A stretch of 64,000 nucleotides of DNA, taken from Candidatus Zhuqueibacterota bacterium (GTDB lineage: Bacteria; Zhuqueibacterota; Zhuqueibacteria; Residuimicrobiales; Krinioviventaceae). The translations under genes were made by a program, and so were the position numbers. Location: contig JAFGKD010000071.1 in assembly GCA_016928775.1 (NCBI GenBank), forward strand, positions 84,164 to 148,163, given 5' to 3'. The stretch's first letter is position 1. Each line of letters starts with the position of its first letter. Below are positions 10,060 to 19,371 of the stretch, piece after piece. The notes under the pieces are model-generated. The model searched no databases. It was not told the origin of the DNA and saw only the letters and a list, made by a program, of their open reading frames with translations.

Positions 10060-10833
10060 TCACACTTTTTCAAATTCAACGAATAGATGCGTATCAACCA
10101 ATAGTCGCGGATCAATTCCAAGAGCCAATACTTGACGGTATATTTCTTTTTTCTCTTTATCAAGATTTTTCGCTTTACGCAATGCTCTCCGATGGGCAAG
10201 AATATTGACTGTCAAAATAAACGGGTAAAAGAAGAAAAGCAACAAGAGAGCAGTATGTCCAATGCGCAGGTGGTGGATTTTTTTTATCGTCAATCCGGAG
10301 AGACGTGCAAGCAGGCGAAGTTTTTGTATACCGATCAAAAAAATATGGCCAAAGTAAACACTGTTATCATCAGCATGCCACACCGAATCAATTTTATTGG
10401 GCGGCATAATTTTGTAAAAATGTTCGCTCTCGGTCAAAATATAGCTCAGCTTTGATCTCAAGTTTGAATAGTTTGGCGTCGTCAACAGCAAGACGCCACC
10501 TTTTTTCAGTATTCGGCTAAACTCCATGAACATATGGAGCTGATCCGCCACATGTTCGATGCCTTCCTGGCAGTGAATAAAGTCGGCATGGTCATCTTTG
10601 ATCGGCAGGTTTTTATTTAAATCGGCTTTTTTGCATTCAATTCCTTTGAGAACGAAAAATTCAGGAAACAAATCATAGGGTTCAACGCGAGCGCCCATTT
10701 CCGCAAATATCGCTGACTGACTGCCGGCGCCGGCCGGGATATCGATAACGATTTTATGCTGAAATTCTGCCTTTTTTGATTTTAAAATCGACTCGACAAA
10801 TGTGGCGATGTTTTTTTCGCCGAAAAGTTTCAT
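10060..10833 (-). CDS. Class I SAM-dependent methyltransferase
   Basis: VIDIPAGAG motif I; EGIEHV; RILKKGGVLLLTTPN. Confidence 0.88.
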   Translation of the reverse strand: MKLFGEKNIATFVESILKSKKAEFQHKIVIDIPAGAGSQSAIFAEMGARVEPYDLFPEFFVLKGIECKKADLNKNLPIKDDHADFIHCQEGIEHVADQLHMFMEFSRILKKGGVLLLTTPNYSNLRSKLSYILTESEHFYKIMPPNKIDSVWHADDNSVYFGHIFLIGIQKLRLLARLSGLTIKKIHHLRIGHTALLLLFFFYPFILTVNILAHRRALRKAKNLDKEKKEIYRQVLALGIDPRLLVDTHLFVEFEKV

Positions 10834-10858
10834 TGGTTTTCCATTTGTTTATCAGGCA

Positions 10859-10887
10859 ATTTTACAAAATCGACATATAAAAAGCAA
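10859..10887 (-). promoter_or_regulatory. Putative sigma70 promoter of the methyltransferase gene
   Basis: TTGCTT-17 bp-TAAAAT on the minus strand just upstream of ATG 10833. Confidence 0.45.
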
Positions 10888-11175
10888 AAGGTCTGTATTA
10901 CATTGGGGGGAATTTTTTTGAGCTATGGTTTTCCTGTACTCCATTATACACATCTGCAAAACTGCGCTTTTTTGAAAGTTTTTAAACTCAAAACCTCCGA
11001 GTTCGCCGGGTAGCACAGAAAACAAGATGACTCGCTTTTTTCTCGGTGACCTCGTATGGTTCATGCTTTTTGGTTATGGCCTTCGTCCACGCCGTGAAAA
11101 TTTGTGGCTCATAAAGGCACGATCGCTCAGGATATCCATTCTCGGCGGACGACTCTCTTGTTCACCCGCTCTGCA

Positions 11176-11391
11176 CATAGGCGTCAACTTTAGGCTGAAG
11201 ATAAAAGTATGGGAAATCATAATTGTATCTAATAAGCTCAAAAACAAAATCTCACCCAAAGACGCGGAGGCGCAAAGGTTCGCTAAGATAAAAATTATAG
11301 AGAAATCTCTCAAATTTTCCAAAACCTTGGCGTATCTCCGCGTCTTTGCGTCTTTGCATGAGGCATTTTTCATGTTAGGTTGACGCCAATG
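11176..11391. mobile_element. Non-autonomous MITE (216 bp) with TIRs and 9-bp target-site duplication
   Basis: Left end CATAGGCGTCAACTTTA; right end read in reverse CATTGGCGTCAACCTAA; flanked by perfect CGCTCTGCA at 11167-11175 and 11392-11400. Confidence 0.82.
11251..11362. repeat. Imperfect inverted repeat built from CGCAAAGA/CGCGGAG units, inside the MITE
   Basis: CTCACCCAAAGACGCGGAGGCGCAAAGG versus reverse complement CTCATGCAAAGACGCAAAGACGCGGAGA. Confidence 0.7.
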
Positions 11392-11655
11392 CGCTCTGCA
11401 GGAGAATGCAGTATGGACGTTCGGTGTCCAATCAGCCTGCCGGGATTTCGGACGCTGAGCGTCCTCCTCTGCATCCCGCCGGAGACCGGCAGGACGAGAT
11501 AATATGTTGACATAAGGAGATGTGGTCTATATGCTGCAATATGAATCGCTGATTAAAAGAATCGAACGGAAAAAAGGGATATGAAACAAAGCTGTCTCGC
11601 ATCCGTTGTTATTCATCAAATCCGTTTCATCTGTGTTCTATAAAAAATAAACGTT

Positions 11656-12729
11656 ATGCAAAACAACAGCCTTGATGATCTCTTGTATAAAATAGCTGAT
11701 GCACGGCGAAAGCCGGATTTCTCGAACCTTTTAGCCATTCTTCAGCGCCGGGTGCCGTTGCGGCCGACGTGTTTCGAATTTACCATCAATAATACAATTT
11801 ACCGGCATGTCACCGGCAAATCCGTCCCGCAAGATGGTGACGGACTCGGCTGGTCGCGCTACCTTGTCGAGGCGTTCGCAAAGCTTGGCTATGATTTTGC
11901 TGTTGTCGGCGGCTGGCACTTGAACGCGTTAGTGTTTCCATTGGGAGAAAAGCATACGGTCAAGAGCAAATCGCTCAATGACGGTGTCATGATCACTGAT
12001 CGCGCCAGCTTTGAAAAATATGCCTGGCCGGATTTGGATGTTTCGCGGCTGCAACCGCTGGCTTTGATGGCGAATGAGCTTCCTGATGGCATGAAAATTA
12101 TCTGCTGCGGATATGAAGGCATTTTAGAGACAACCATCGATCTCGTTGGTTTTGAAAACCTCTGTTTGTTGCTGTATATGGATCCTGAATTGACCGCGGA
12201 AATTTTCCGGCAGGTTGGCTCACGAATCCTGTCCTATTACCGGCATGTGGTGCAGTTCGACAGTGTCGGTGCGATCATCGCCAATGATGATTGGGGTTTC
12301 AAAACCCAAACCATGTTGGCACCGGATGATCTCCGTCGACTCGTTTTTCCGTGGTATCAAAAAATCGTTGACTTTGTGCACGCCAGCGGCAAACCGGTTA
12401 TCCTGCACTCGTGCGGCAATCCTGAGGGGATCATTGAGGATATAATCGAAAAGATGAGATTTGACGGCAAGCATTCTTACGAAGATACCATTGTGCCAGT
12501 GGAGCAAGCGATAGAGCGTTGGAGCGATCGCATCGCGATTATTGGCGGCATCGACGTAGATTTCCTGAGCACCCGTTCGGTCGATCAAATCCGCGAGCGC
12601 ACTCAAAGTATTCGCGATATCGCCATGCGTAAAGGTGGTATCGCCATTGGCTCGGGCAATTCCATTCCGGATTATATCCCGATTGACTCTTATTGCGCCA
12701 TGCAGGAAACAGCATTGGGCCTGGATTAA
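11656..12729 (+). CDS. Uroporphyrinogen decarboxylase-fold (MtaA/CmuA-like) protein
   Basis: NDDWGFKTQTM, ILHSCGN, GGIDVD, GSGNSIPDY. Confidence 0.85.
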   Translation: MQNNSLDDLLYKIADARRKPDFSNLLAILQRRVPLRPTCFEFTINNTIYRHVTGKSVPQDGDGLGWSRYLVEAFAKLGYDFAVVGGWHLNALVFPLGEKHTVKSKSLNDGVMITDRASFEKYAWPDLDVSRLQPLALMANELPDGMKIICCGYEGILETTIDLVGFENLCLLLYMDPELTAEIFRQVGSRILSYYRHVVQFDSVGAIIANDDWGFKTQTMLAPDDLRRLVFPWYQKIVDFVHASGKPVILHSCGNPEGIIEDIIEKMRFDGKHSYEDTIVPVEQAIERWSDRIAIIGGIDVDFLSTRSVDQIRERTQSIRDIAMRKGGIAIGSGNSIPDYIPIDSYCAMQETALGLD

Positions 12730-12771
12730 GGAAAGAGTGGACCATATGTATGACGAATCAAGGAGGTGGTT

Positions 12772-13542
12772 ATGAAAGTGCATCTCTTTCATTTTAACCA
12801 AAGCGAGGTAGTATATCGGGCGGAGCAGCTCAAGACGCTGGGTGGCACAGTGACAACACAGCTCCCGGATGGCCCGCAGTTTTTCAAAACATTCAAAGCT
12901 GTCCCCCCGGACGTGGTCGTCATCGATTTGTCGCGTCTGCCATCCCAGGGGCGTGATATTGGCATCTACTTGCGCACCAGCAAAGCGACACGCTTCATTC
13001 CGCTGATTTTTGTCGATGGCAGCCCGGATAAAATAGCAAAAACACAAGAACAACTGCCGGATGCGATTTACACCTCCTGGGAAAAAATCGGGGAGGCGCT
13101 GACAATGGCTCTGTCTCAGCCGGTAATAAATCCTGTTGTGCCGGCCTCAAGTTTGGCGGGTTATTCCGGCACGCCGTTGCCGAAAAAGCTGGGCATAAAA
13201 GAGAATATGATAGTCGGATTGATGCACGCTCCGGCTGATTTTGCAGCACAACTCGGCCAATTGCCGCCCAATGTTACTTTGAAAAATGAGCCAGAAGCTG
13301 TCGCTTTGTTGTTATGGTTCGTGCGCTCTGTTAAACAGCTCGAAACGGATATCTCACATATGAAAAAACATGCCGGGCATGCCCGCATCTGGATGATCTG
13401 GCCGAAAAAAACATCAGCCAAAGCCAGTGATTTGACACAGCAGGTTGTACGCGATATTGGGCTCGCCGCCGGTTTGGTCGATTATAAAGTGTGTGCTATC
13501 GATGAAACCTGGTCAGGATTACTATTTACGAAAAAGAAATAA
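12772..13542 (+). CDS. Receiver-like domain fused to a DUF3052-like domain
   Basis: PPDVVVIDLSRLPSQGRD...IPLIFV (CheY-like); GYSGTPLPKKLGIK...WPKK...GLVDYKVCAIDETWSGLLF; AGGAGG RBS before ATG 12772. Confidence 0.7.
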   Translation: MKVHLFHFNQSEVVYRAEQLKTLGGTVTTQLPDGPQFFKTFKAVPPDVVVIDLSRLPSQGRDIGIYLRTSKATRFIPLIFVDGSPDKIAKTQEQLPDAIYTSWEKIGEALTMALSQPVINPVVPASSLAGYSGTPLPKKLGIKENMIVGLMHAPADFAAQLGQLPPNVTLKNEPEAVALLLWFVRSVKQLETDISHMKKHAGHARIWMIWPKKTSAKASDLTQQVVRDIGLAAGLVDYKVCAIDETWSGLLFTKKK

Positions 13543-13587
13543 TATGAGCCCTTGAGCATAACGCTTTTGTTTCAGCTATAGCTACGC

Positions 13588-15126
13588 TCAGGCAACTTTG
13601 GAAACATTGTTCCAGTTGATACCGATTTTCGGACAAGCATACGCCATTTCTTGGGTATAATCGCCCACGGCCATCATCCAGTGAAAGCCGCGATGATCCT
13701 GCAGTAATTTTTCCCAGTCACCGTCGATGCTGACATCATACTGCGAACGGCAGATGTCGTAAAACGGATTCGCCTCAATTCGGCCCGTGAAACCAACCCA
13801 GGCTTTTTGTCCGGCATCCGGACAGACCATGGTGAAGGGTGTCTCGATAGGCAGCTCAACTTTGGGCGTAGCGCCGTAATCCGATTCAAAGTGAGTGACC
13901 ACCCGCGCGGCAGCGTATTTTTGCCCATCCATACGGCGCGGCGCGGTGCAGTGCGCGACCGTGACCATGCCGTGATGTGGAAACGTCGGGTCGTTGAGGA
14001 ACACCGGTTTGCCTGAAATATAGTGCAGCAGAATACCCGACGGGATGACATTAAAATCCGATTCGCAAAATGCGAGATAACCTTCATCGTTCAACAGACT
14101 GAGTGGCAGGCAGGCGGTCGTTTCGGAGATCGGCATGACCGTGCCCATACAGGCTTGAATTGTAAATGCAGCGGCATTATTTTCAGCGAGATATTCTTTA
14201 AAGATATCATAGAGCAGAAAGGCGTTGCTGACAAACTGCTGATCTGTATGGAGCAAAGTGTCCGGCAAATTGAGATAGTGTTGCGCCCAGTGTTGCGCGC
14301 GTTTGAGTCGGTCGCTATCGGCACGCGCGAATTTGATACGCTGGGCCAGGTCTTCATAATCCACATTGATGATGTCGAGTCCAAATTTTGTCCTGGCGAT
14401 CTCCGGCGCACCCGGATGACACCATCCCGATGAGCCGCCTAATGCGACGATCTTGCTGCCGATAAAATTGTGGACGCCATACAGACCGCGCAGCTTGCTC
14501 AACATCTCGTCATAATCATCGACGACAACGTCATGGATCGTCATACCTGAAGGATAGCGATACTCGTCCAAATCTTCGGTCTCATTGCCCTGACGCAAAA
14601 AGCGATTGTGGACAATTTCGTACCAGAGATAAATAGGGCCGGAGCGGTGGCGCAAAAAGATGAGATTGTTCCGTTTTTCCGAGAAACAAGCCTCCAGGGC
14701 AGTTGTCCAGCCGGATGCCGCGTAGACGATCGGCACATCATAATCCGCTGTTTCGCGAACTTTTTGTGCTTCTTCGACGGATCGCACTTTGACCAGCGGA
14801 CGTATCTCTAACTCGAATTCGGCTTTTCTTTGCATGGCGGCTAACTCGGAAGAAATTCGATTCACCTCTTCGGCAATATCGGCTTCCGTGTGTAAACCAC
14901 CCCAGGGACGCCATGAGGTTTGTTCCTGACGTTTGGAAATGCTATAGAGCAAAACAGGCTGGATTCTCAGCGGTTTGCCGGTGCGAATCATCGGTTTTTC
15001 AGGATTCCAATCGGTGGTCGATGCTTTTGTCGTTCCCAACGCCAAAGCTGCACCGGCTACACCCATAGCCGAGACGCCAAGGAATTCGCGTCGATTAAGT
15101 CCGGATAATGAACATGAACAGCACAT
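13588..15126 (-). CDS. Tat-exported L-fucose/L-arabinose isomerase-fold protein
   Basis: NRREFL Tat motif; TACLPLSLLNDEG..AFCESD, AHCTAP, CRSQ, GFHW motifs. Confidence 0.72.
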   Translation of the reverse strand: MCCSCSLSGLNRREFLGVSAMGVAGAALALGTTKASTTDWNPEKPMIRTGKPLRIQPVLLYSISKRQEQTSWRPWGGLHTEADIAEEVNRISSELAAMQRKAEFELEIRPLVKVRSVEEAQKVRETADYDVPIVYAASGWTTALEACFSEKRNNLIFLRHRSGPIYLWYEIVHNRFLRQGNETEDLDEYRYPSGMTIHDVVVDDYDEMLSKLRGLYGVHNFIGSKIVALGGSSGWCHPGAPEIARTKFGLDIINVDYEDLAQRIKFARADSDRLKRAQHWAQHYLNLPDTLLHTDQQFVSNAFLLYDIFKEYLAENNAAAFTIQACMGTVMPISETTACLPLSLLNDEGYLAFCESDFNVIPSGILLHYISGKPVFLNDPTFPHHGMVTVAHCTAPRRMDGQKYAAARVVTHFESDYGATPKVELPIETPFTMVCPDAGQKAWVGFTGRIEANPFYDICRSQYDVSIDGDWEKLLQDHRGFHWMMAVGDYTQEMAYACPKIGINWNNVSKVA

Positions 15127-15138
15127 AAAAACCTCCTT

Positions 15139-16620
15139 TTATTTATATTCCCACAGTAATCGCTCATCATAGACAATTTTAAAAGAGTAGGCATGCTCGC
15201 ACGGTTTTTTGGTTGGGCATGCGATTTTGAGACCATCTGTGGTCAAGACCCAGTTGAGCTCCTCCGCTACACCAAGCATGGAAACGGATGTGATTTTTGT
15301 CTTGTCCAAAATGGACAACGATTTGATGACGATCTGGTCGCCCGGCCAATCCAGGGCAATGGCATACAGCGTATTCGGCCTGGTGGTGAAACGAATATCC
15401 TCGGCCGTGTAAAGCAGTGGTTTGTTGTCGATGAAACTCCCACCTTTGAACTGTGTCGGCCCTTCGCCGTATTTGAACCAGTGACGCGTCCCGTAAATTG
15501 CTTCTCCATTGACCTTGAGCCACTCGCCAATGCCCACTAAACGTTCTTTTTGTTCATCAGGAATGGAGCCATCCGCTTTTGGCGCAATATTCATCAAGGT
15601 GTTGCCATTTTTGCTGACGCGATCGATGAGATTATCGACCATTTCGTTCACGGGTTTGTAATCGATGTCTTCTACATAACACCAGGACTTCCGACTGATG
15701 GAGGTGTCGGTGATCCAGGTGTCGTGATGCAGTGAATCAAGTTGTCCACGTTCAAGGTCCAGCAGACCGGCGCCGACGGGCAGGTGGTCGTGCTTGTAGG
15801 ACACCACAACATTTGCACCCCATTCTTCACTCTTGTTGTAATAACAGGCGAGAAACTGGCGCTTGTACGGTTCGAACGGCGGTTCTTTCCAGCCAAAGTC
15901 GAACCAGATGTAATCGGGCTGATAGTTATCAACAACCTCAAGTATTTTGCCAAGCCAATTCTCGAGATAGGCTTGCGGCTCGGGTTCATCGGCGGGATGC
16001 GGTGTGCCATAGAGCTGGGCATAGCGCGCGTCTTTGGCGTCGTATTGATAGGCGAACTCAAAATGCTTCCACTTGCGCGCGTGATGGAAGCTGACCATAA
16101 ACTTGAGATTCCGTTTGCGTGCCGCTTCCGCCAACTCGCCGGTGATGTCGCGCCGCGGCCCCATATCCCAGGCATCGTATTCCGTCAATTTGGAATTCCA
16201 CATGGAAAAGCCGTCGTGATGCTCGGCTACCGGGCCAATAAATTTGGCGCCTGCCTGAACAAAGAGATCGATCCATTCATCGGCATCAAATTTTTCCGCT
16301 TTGAACATGGGAATAAAATCTTTATAGCCAAACTGATCCTGCGGCCCCCACACTGTGCGATGATGTTCAAACGTGGGATCATTTGTATCGTACATGCGAC
16401 GCGGATACCACTCGTTGCCCCAGGCCGGCACTGAATAGACGCCCCAATGAAAATAGATACCAAATTTGGCGTCTTTGAACCACTCGGGAGTGGGATGCTG
16501 GATGAGAGATTCCCAGGTTGGTTCATAAAGTTGGCTTTGTGGTTTCACCTGTCCTTGAGCGACGTGACTGGACCACAAAAGGATGAAAAAAAGCAGGAAA
16601 AGAAATGGCGATTTGATCAT
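15139..16620 (-). CDS. Alpha-L-fucosidase (GH29)
   Basis: WFKDAKFGIYFHWGVYSVP, EHHDGF, IWFD, VSKNGNTLMN, WLKVNGEAIYGTR; signal peptide. Confidence 0.95.
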   Translation of the reverse strand: MIKSPFLFLLFFILLWSSHVAQGQVKPQSQLYEPTWESLIQHPTPEWFKDAKFGIYFHWGVYSVPAWGNEWYPRRMYDTNDPTFEHHRTVWGPQDQFGYKDFIPMFKAEKFDADEWIDLFVQAGAKFIGPVAEHHDGFSMWNSKLTEYDAWDMGPRRDITGELAEAARKRNLKFMVSFHHARKWKHFEFAYQYDAKDARYAQLYGTPHPADEPEPQAYLENWLGKILEVVDNYQPDYIWFDFGWKEPPFEPYKRQFLACYYNKSEEWGANVVVSYKHDHLPVGAGLLDLERGQLDSLHHDTWITDTSISRKSWCYVEDIDYKPVNEMVDNLIDRVSKNGNTLMNIAPKADGSIPDEQKERLVGIGEWLKVNGEAIYGTRHWFKYGEGPTQFKGGSFIDNKPLLYTAEDIRFTTRPNTLYAIALDWPGDQIVIKSLSILDKTKITSVSMLGVAEELNWVLTTDGLKIACPTKKPCEHAYSFKIVYDERLLWEYK

Positions 16621-16635
16621 AAGAAACCTCCAAAT

Positions 16636-19347
16636 TTATTGTCCAAATGAAAGCTGACTTTTGTAAACAGTCACTCGATGAATCTCCTCATCATCAATAC
16701 TGAAAATGCGATAGGTCACTGTTGGATCATCTGCGGTCGTATCAAAATCGAGTTGGCCAAAAGAGCATTTTTTATTATAGCCAAATATGGCGCCCGGCAT
16801 AATCGCGTGCGTGTGCATATTGGATAGTTTCGAGCTTTCAAATTCGTAAAAATCATAGCTATGTGGCCGCCGGATTTTCCAGGCGTCCGAACGATGTCGA
16901 TCGGCCGAAAGGAGAATAACGCCGTTTATGTTAGTTTTTTCGATGAAAGTAAATATCTCCTCGCGCTCTTCCGGATGCCCATCCCAGGTATCCAGGCTGC
17001 CCGGTTTTGTGCCGTGCGCCCAGGGTACGGATGAGGCGACAACCTTGAATGTTGCGGTTGATGCTTTCAGCTTGTCGAGCAGCCACTGTTTTTGTACAGC
17101 GCCGAGCATCGACGCGCCCGGATGACCCTGTGGCTGTTCACGATAGTAGCGGCAATCTAACATGAAAAAATCGACATCCCCGTAAGAAAAATCAAACCAG
17201 CAGCCCGGCTGGCTCTCACCGCCGCCGTAGAATGGATTGTTCCACTGAAACGTGAACAGCCGCCAGACATCCCTTTTCCAGGCGGGCTGTTCAACACCTG
17301 GACTGCCCTTGCCGTCGTTGAAGGTGAAATCGTGATCATCCCAAATAGCATACATTGCTGTATGGCTGGTCAATCGACGGAACTCGGGGCGACTTTGCCG
17401 GCGATAGTAGCAAAACTGCTGCACAGCCGGTCGCTCGGGATGATCGATATAGACGTTGTCGCCTAAAAGCAAAAAGAAGGGCAGGTGATGCGAGCCGATG
17501 GTGTCCCACATATACTCATGCTTTGGCGTTGCCCCGGCGCCGCCGCCAAAACCGGTGCTGAAAACAACGGATTGCCCTTTTGCAGGAAAGGTGGTAAAGT
17601 GATAAATCTTGTCCTGAACAATATCGTCGATCACCAATCGATAGTCATAGGTTGTGAGCGGCTTCAGGTCGTCGAGCAGCACAATAGCGGTGTTTTCATT
17701 TTTAGCCGTGGTTCGCTTGATGCTCGAACGAATTTTAAAGTCAAGCTCGTTTGTTTTTTTCGCCTGGATTTGAACGCTGGCTTCCTGCCGAGTTCGGAGC
17801 CAGAATTTGGCGGAATGATTCATCACATCACCGAGCAATGGACCGTGCACCAGCGCGGCATTTTGTTTCTCGACATAACGTTTGAACTTTTCACACTGTA
17901 AAAGCGGTGTGAGCAGGTCGGTTAAACCGCAGGTAAAACGGCAAAGGGGCACACCGGTTTCAATGGCTTTGGTCATGTATTCAAAGGCTTGCTCCGGATT
18001 TTTTTTTGCAGCGTAAACCGCCGCATAGCCATAATAGCCCTCCGGATCATTCGGGAAGGTCTGCATGAACAGATCGAGGAAGTTGAGCGCATGGTCAAAA
18101 TATCCCAGCTCTGCAAAAAAGACCACTTCACGAATGTAGCGTTTGTACTGGTGCTCCGGTCCGAGCGGCTCAAAAGCCAGTTTCTCCTCGTGCTCCGGCA
18201 ACACATCCTGTACCGCACCGAATTGTGTTAACAAGGCATCAACATCGGCTTTGTCGTACGGGATCGTCCGATAGAGCGGCATGCGCTCACCCTGGAGCGT
18301 CCGGTCGCTGTTCCAATATTCCCAAACGATCTCACCCTTTGCCGTGACCTCGATCAGGTGTCCGCGATCCGATTCCGCAATCAGCGTGTTGCCGTTTTTT
18401 AGTCGATTATTAGAGCCGCGTGACGGCGAATAAAATGATGTTTTAGGATCACCGGCATAGGTCCACACAATGGCGCCGGTCAGCGGCTCGATCTCCAAAA
18501 TTCGCGTGTAACCGCGTGATGCATTCGATGTATGTCGACCATTATCGTACACGAGAATGTTACCGTTCGCCAGCATGGTGGGATGGTGCGGCCCCTGCAG
18601 TTCGTGAGGCCCCCACGCCCAGACGATGTCACCGGACTGCCTATCAACGACAAAGATGGTATTTGCATGCCGGCCGCACATCAGCACATTGCCGGGTCGG
18701 AATCGTGCATCTTTGTCCGCTATCGGATTGTTCGGCAGCACTTCGCACGTGTTGATGTGCGGCCAATCACGAAATTCAGCAGCCGGCGGCAGCGGCTGCT
18801 CGACGAATTTTTCGAGATCTTGCAGGTGATCTCTGAACTGCCAGGTCCAGATCTGCTCACCCGTCTCGCTGAATTCAACCACTTCATCCATGGCAAGCTG
18901 TTGTCCCGGATGCCACGGATTGTCGACATCCCGCCGCGAAACCACCAGAGTATGGCCGTTTTCCGTGCGAGCCACATCGTGATGGGCGCGTAATGTGGCT
19001 TTCCACACCAGGTTGCTGAACCAATCCAGCTCAAAAATCATCTCATCTTTGATGATGACCAGCAGATTGCCATTCGGCAACATTTCGGCATAATGCCAGG
19101 TCATACCAAAGCCGCTGAAATCGCTCGTCGCTTCCTCAGTCGGGGCATAATACCAGGAGTGTACGACTCGCCCATCCGGGCGCAAGAGGTGAGCAGCAGT
19201 CAAAAAACGACTGCTGATGAGGCGATAACAATCATCAACTTTAGCCTGATTGTGAATGATAATACCTTGCGGTTCTTCTGCTCGCAAGATAACGCTTGCA
19301 GCGAACAGGCAAAATAAAAGGACAAGAACTTTTTTCATGACACTCAT
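16636..19347 (-). CDS. Arylsulfotransferase (ASST)-TPR-alkaline phosphatase D fusion
   Basis: N-half HINTCEV, HHP, YDNG, RLKNGNTLIAES; TPR-like middle; C-half LLGDNVYID, IWDDHDF, LDCRYYR, LSADRH. Confidence 0.85.
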   Translation of the reverse strand: MSVMKKVLVLLFCLFAASVILRAEEPQGIIIHNQAKVDDCYRLISSRFLTAAHLLRPDGRVVHSWYYAPTEEATSDFSGFGMTWHYAEMLPNGNLLVIIKDEMIFELDWFSNLVWKATLRAHHDVARTENGHTLVVSRRDVDNPWHPGQQLAMDEVVEFSETGEQIWTWQFRDHLQDLEKFVEQPLPPAAEFRDWPHINTCEVLPNNPIADKDARFRPGNVLMCGRHANTIFVVDRQSGDIVWAWGPHELQGPHHPTMLANGNILVYDNGRHTSNASRGYTRILEIEPLTGAIVWTYAGDPKTSFYSPSRGSNNRLKNGNTLIAESDRGHLIEVTAKGEIVWEYWNSDRTLQGERMPLYRTIPYDKADVDALLTQFGAVQDVLPEHEEKLAFEPLGPEHQYKRYIREVVFFAELGYFDHALNFLDLFMQTFPNDPEGYYGYAAVYAAKKNPEQAFEYMTKAIETGVPLCRFTCGLTDLLTPLLQCEKFKRYVEKQNAALVHGPLLGDVMNHSAKFWLRTRQEASVQIQAKKTNELDFKIRSSIKRTTAKNENTAIVLLDDLKPLTTYDYRLVIDDIVQDKIYHFTTFPAKGQSVVFSTGFGGGAGATPKHEYMWDTIGSHHLPFFLLLGDNVYIDHPERPAVQQFCYYRRQSRPEFRRLTSHTAMYAIWDDHDFTFNDGKGSPGVEQPAWKRDVWRLFTFQWNNPFYGGGESQPGCWFDFSYGDVDFFMLDCRYYREQPQGHPGASMLGAVQKQWLLDKLKASTATFKVVASSVPWAHGTKPGSLDTWDGHPEEREEIFTFIEKTNINGVILLSADRHRSDAWKIRRPHSYDFYEFESSKLSNMHTHAIMPGAIFGYNKKCSFGQLDFDTTADDPTVTYRIFSIDDEEIHRVTVYKSQLSFGQ

Positions 19348-19371
19348 CTTTCTTCACTCTGATTGGATATA

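Larger units (their letters stand above)
11153..11500. repeat. REP-like multi-hairpin palindromic element interrupted by a MITE
   Basis: Inverted ends TCTCTTGTTC.../...GGACGAGA; internal hairpins TGGAC-GTCCA, GGACGCT-G-AGCGTCC, CCCGCCGG-AGA-CCGGCAGG; becomes continuous when the MITE and one TSD copy are removed. Confidence 0.65.

Noticed and set aside
11027..11383. Two overlapping short ORFs in the intergenic region
   Set aside because: They run through repeat and MITE sequence, with no RBS or protein motifs
12220..13053. Long antisense ORFs (also 15742-16434, 25756-26520, 59774-60457)
   Set aside because: They lie opposite well-supported genes and show no motifs; treated as shadow ORFs
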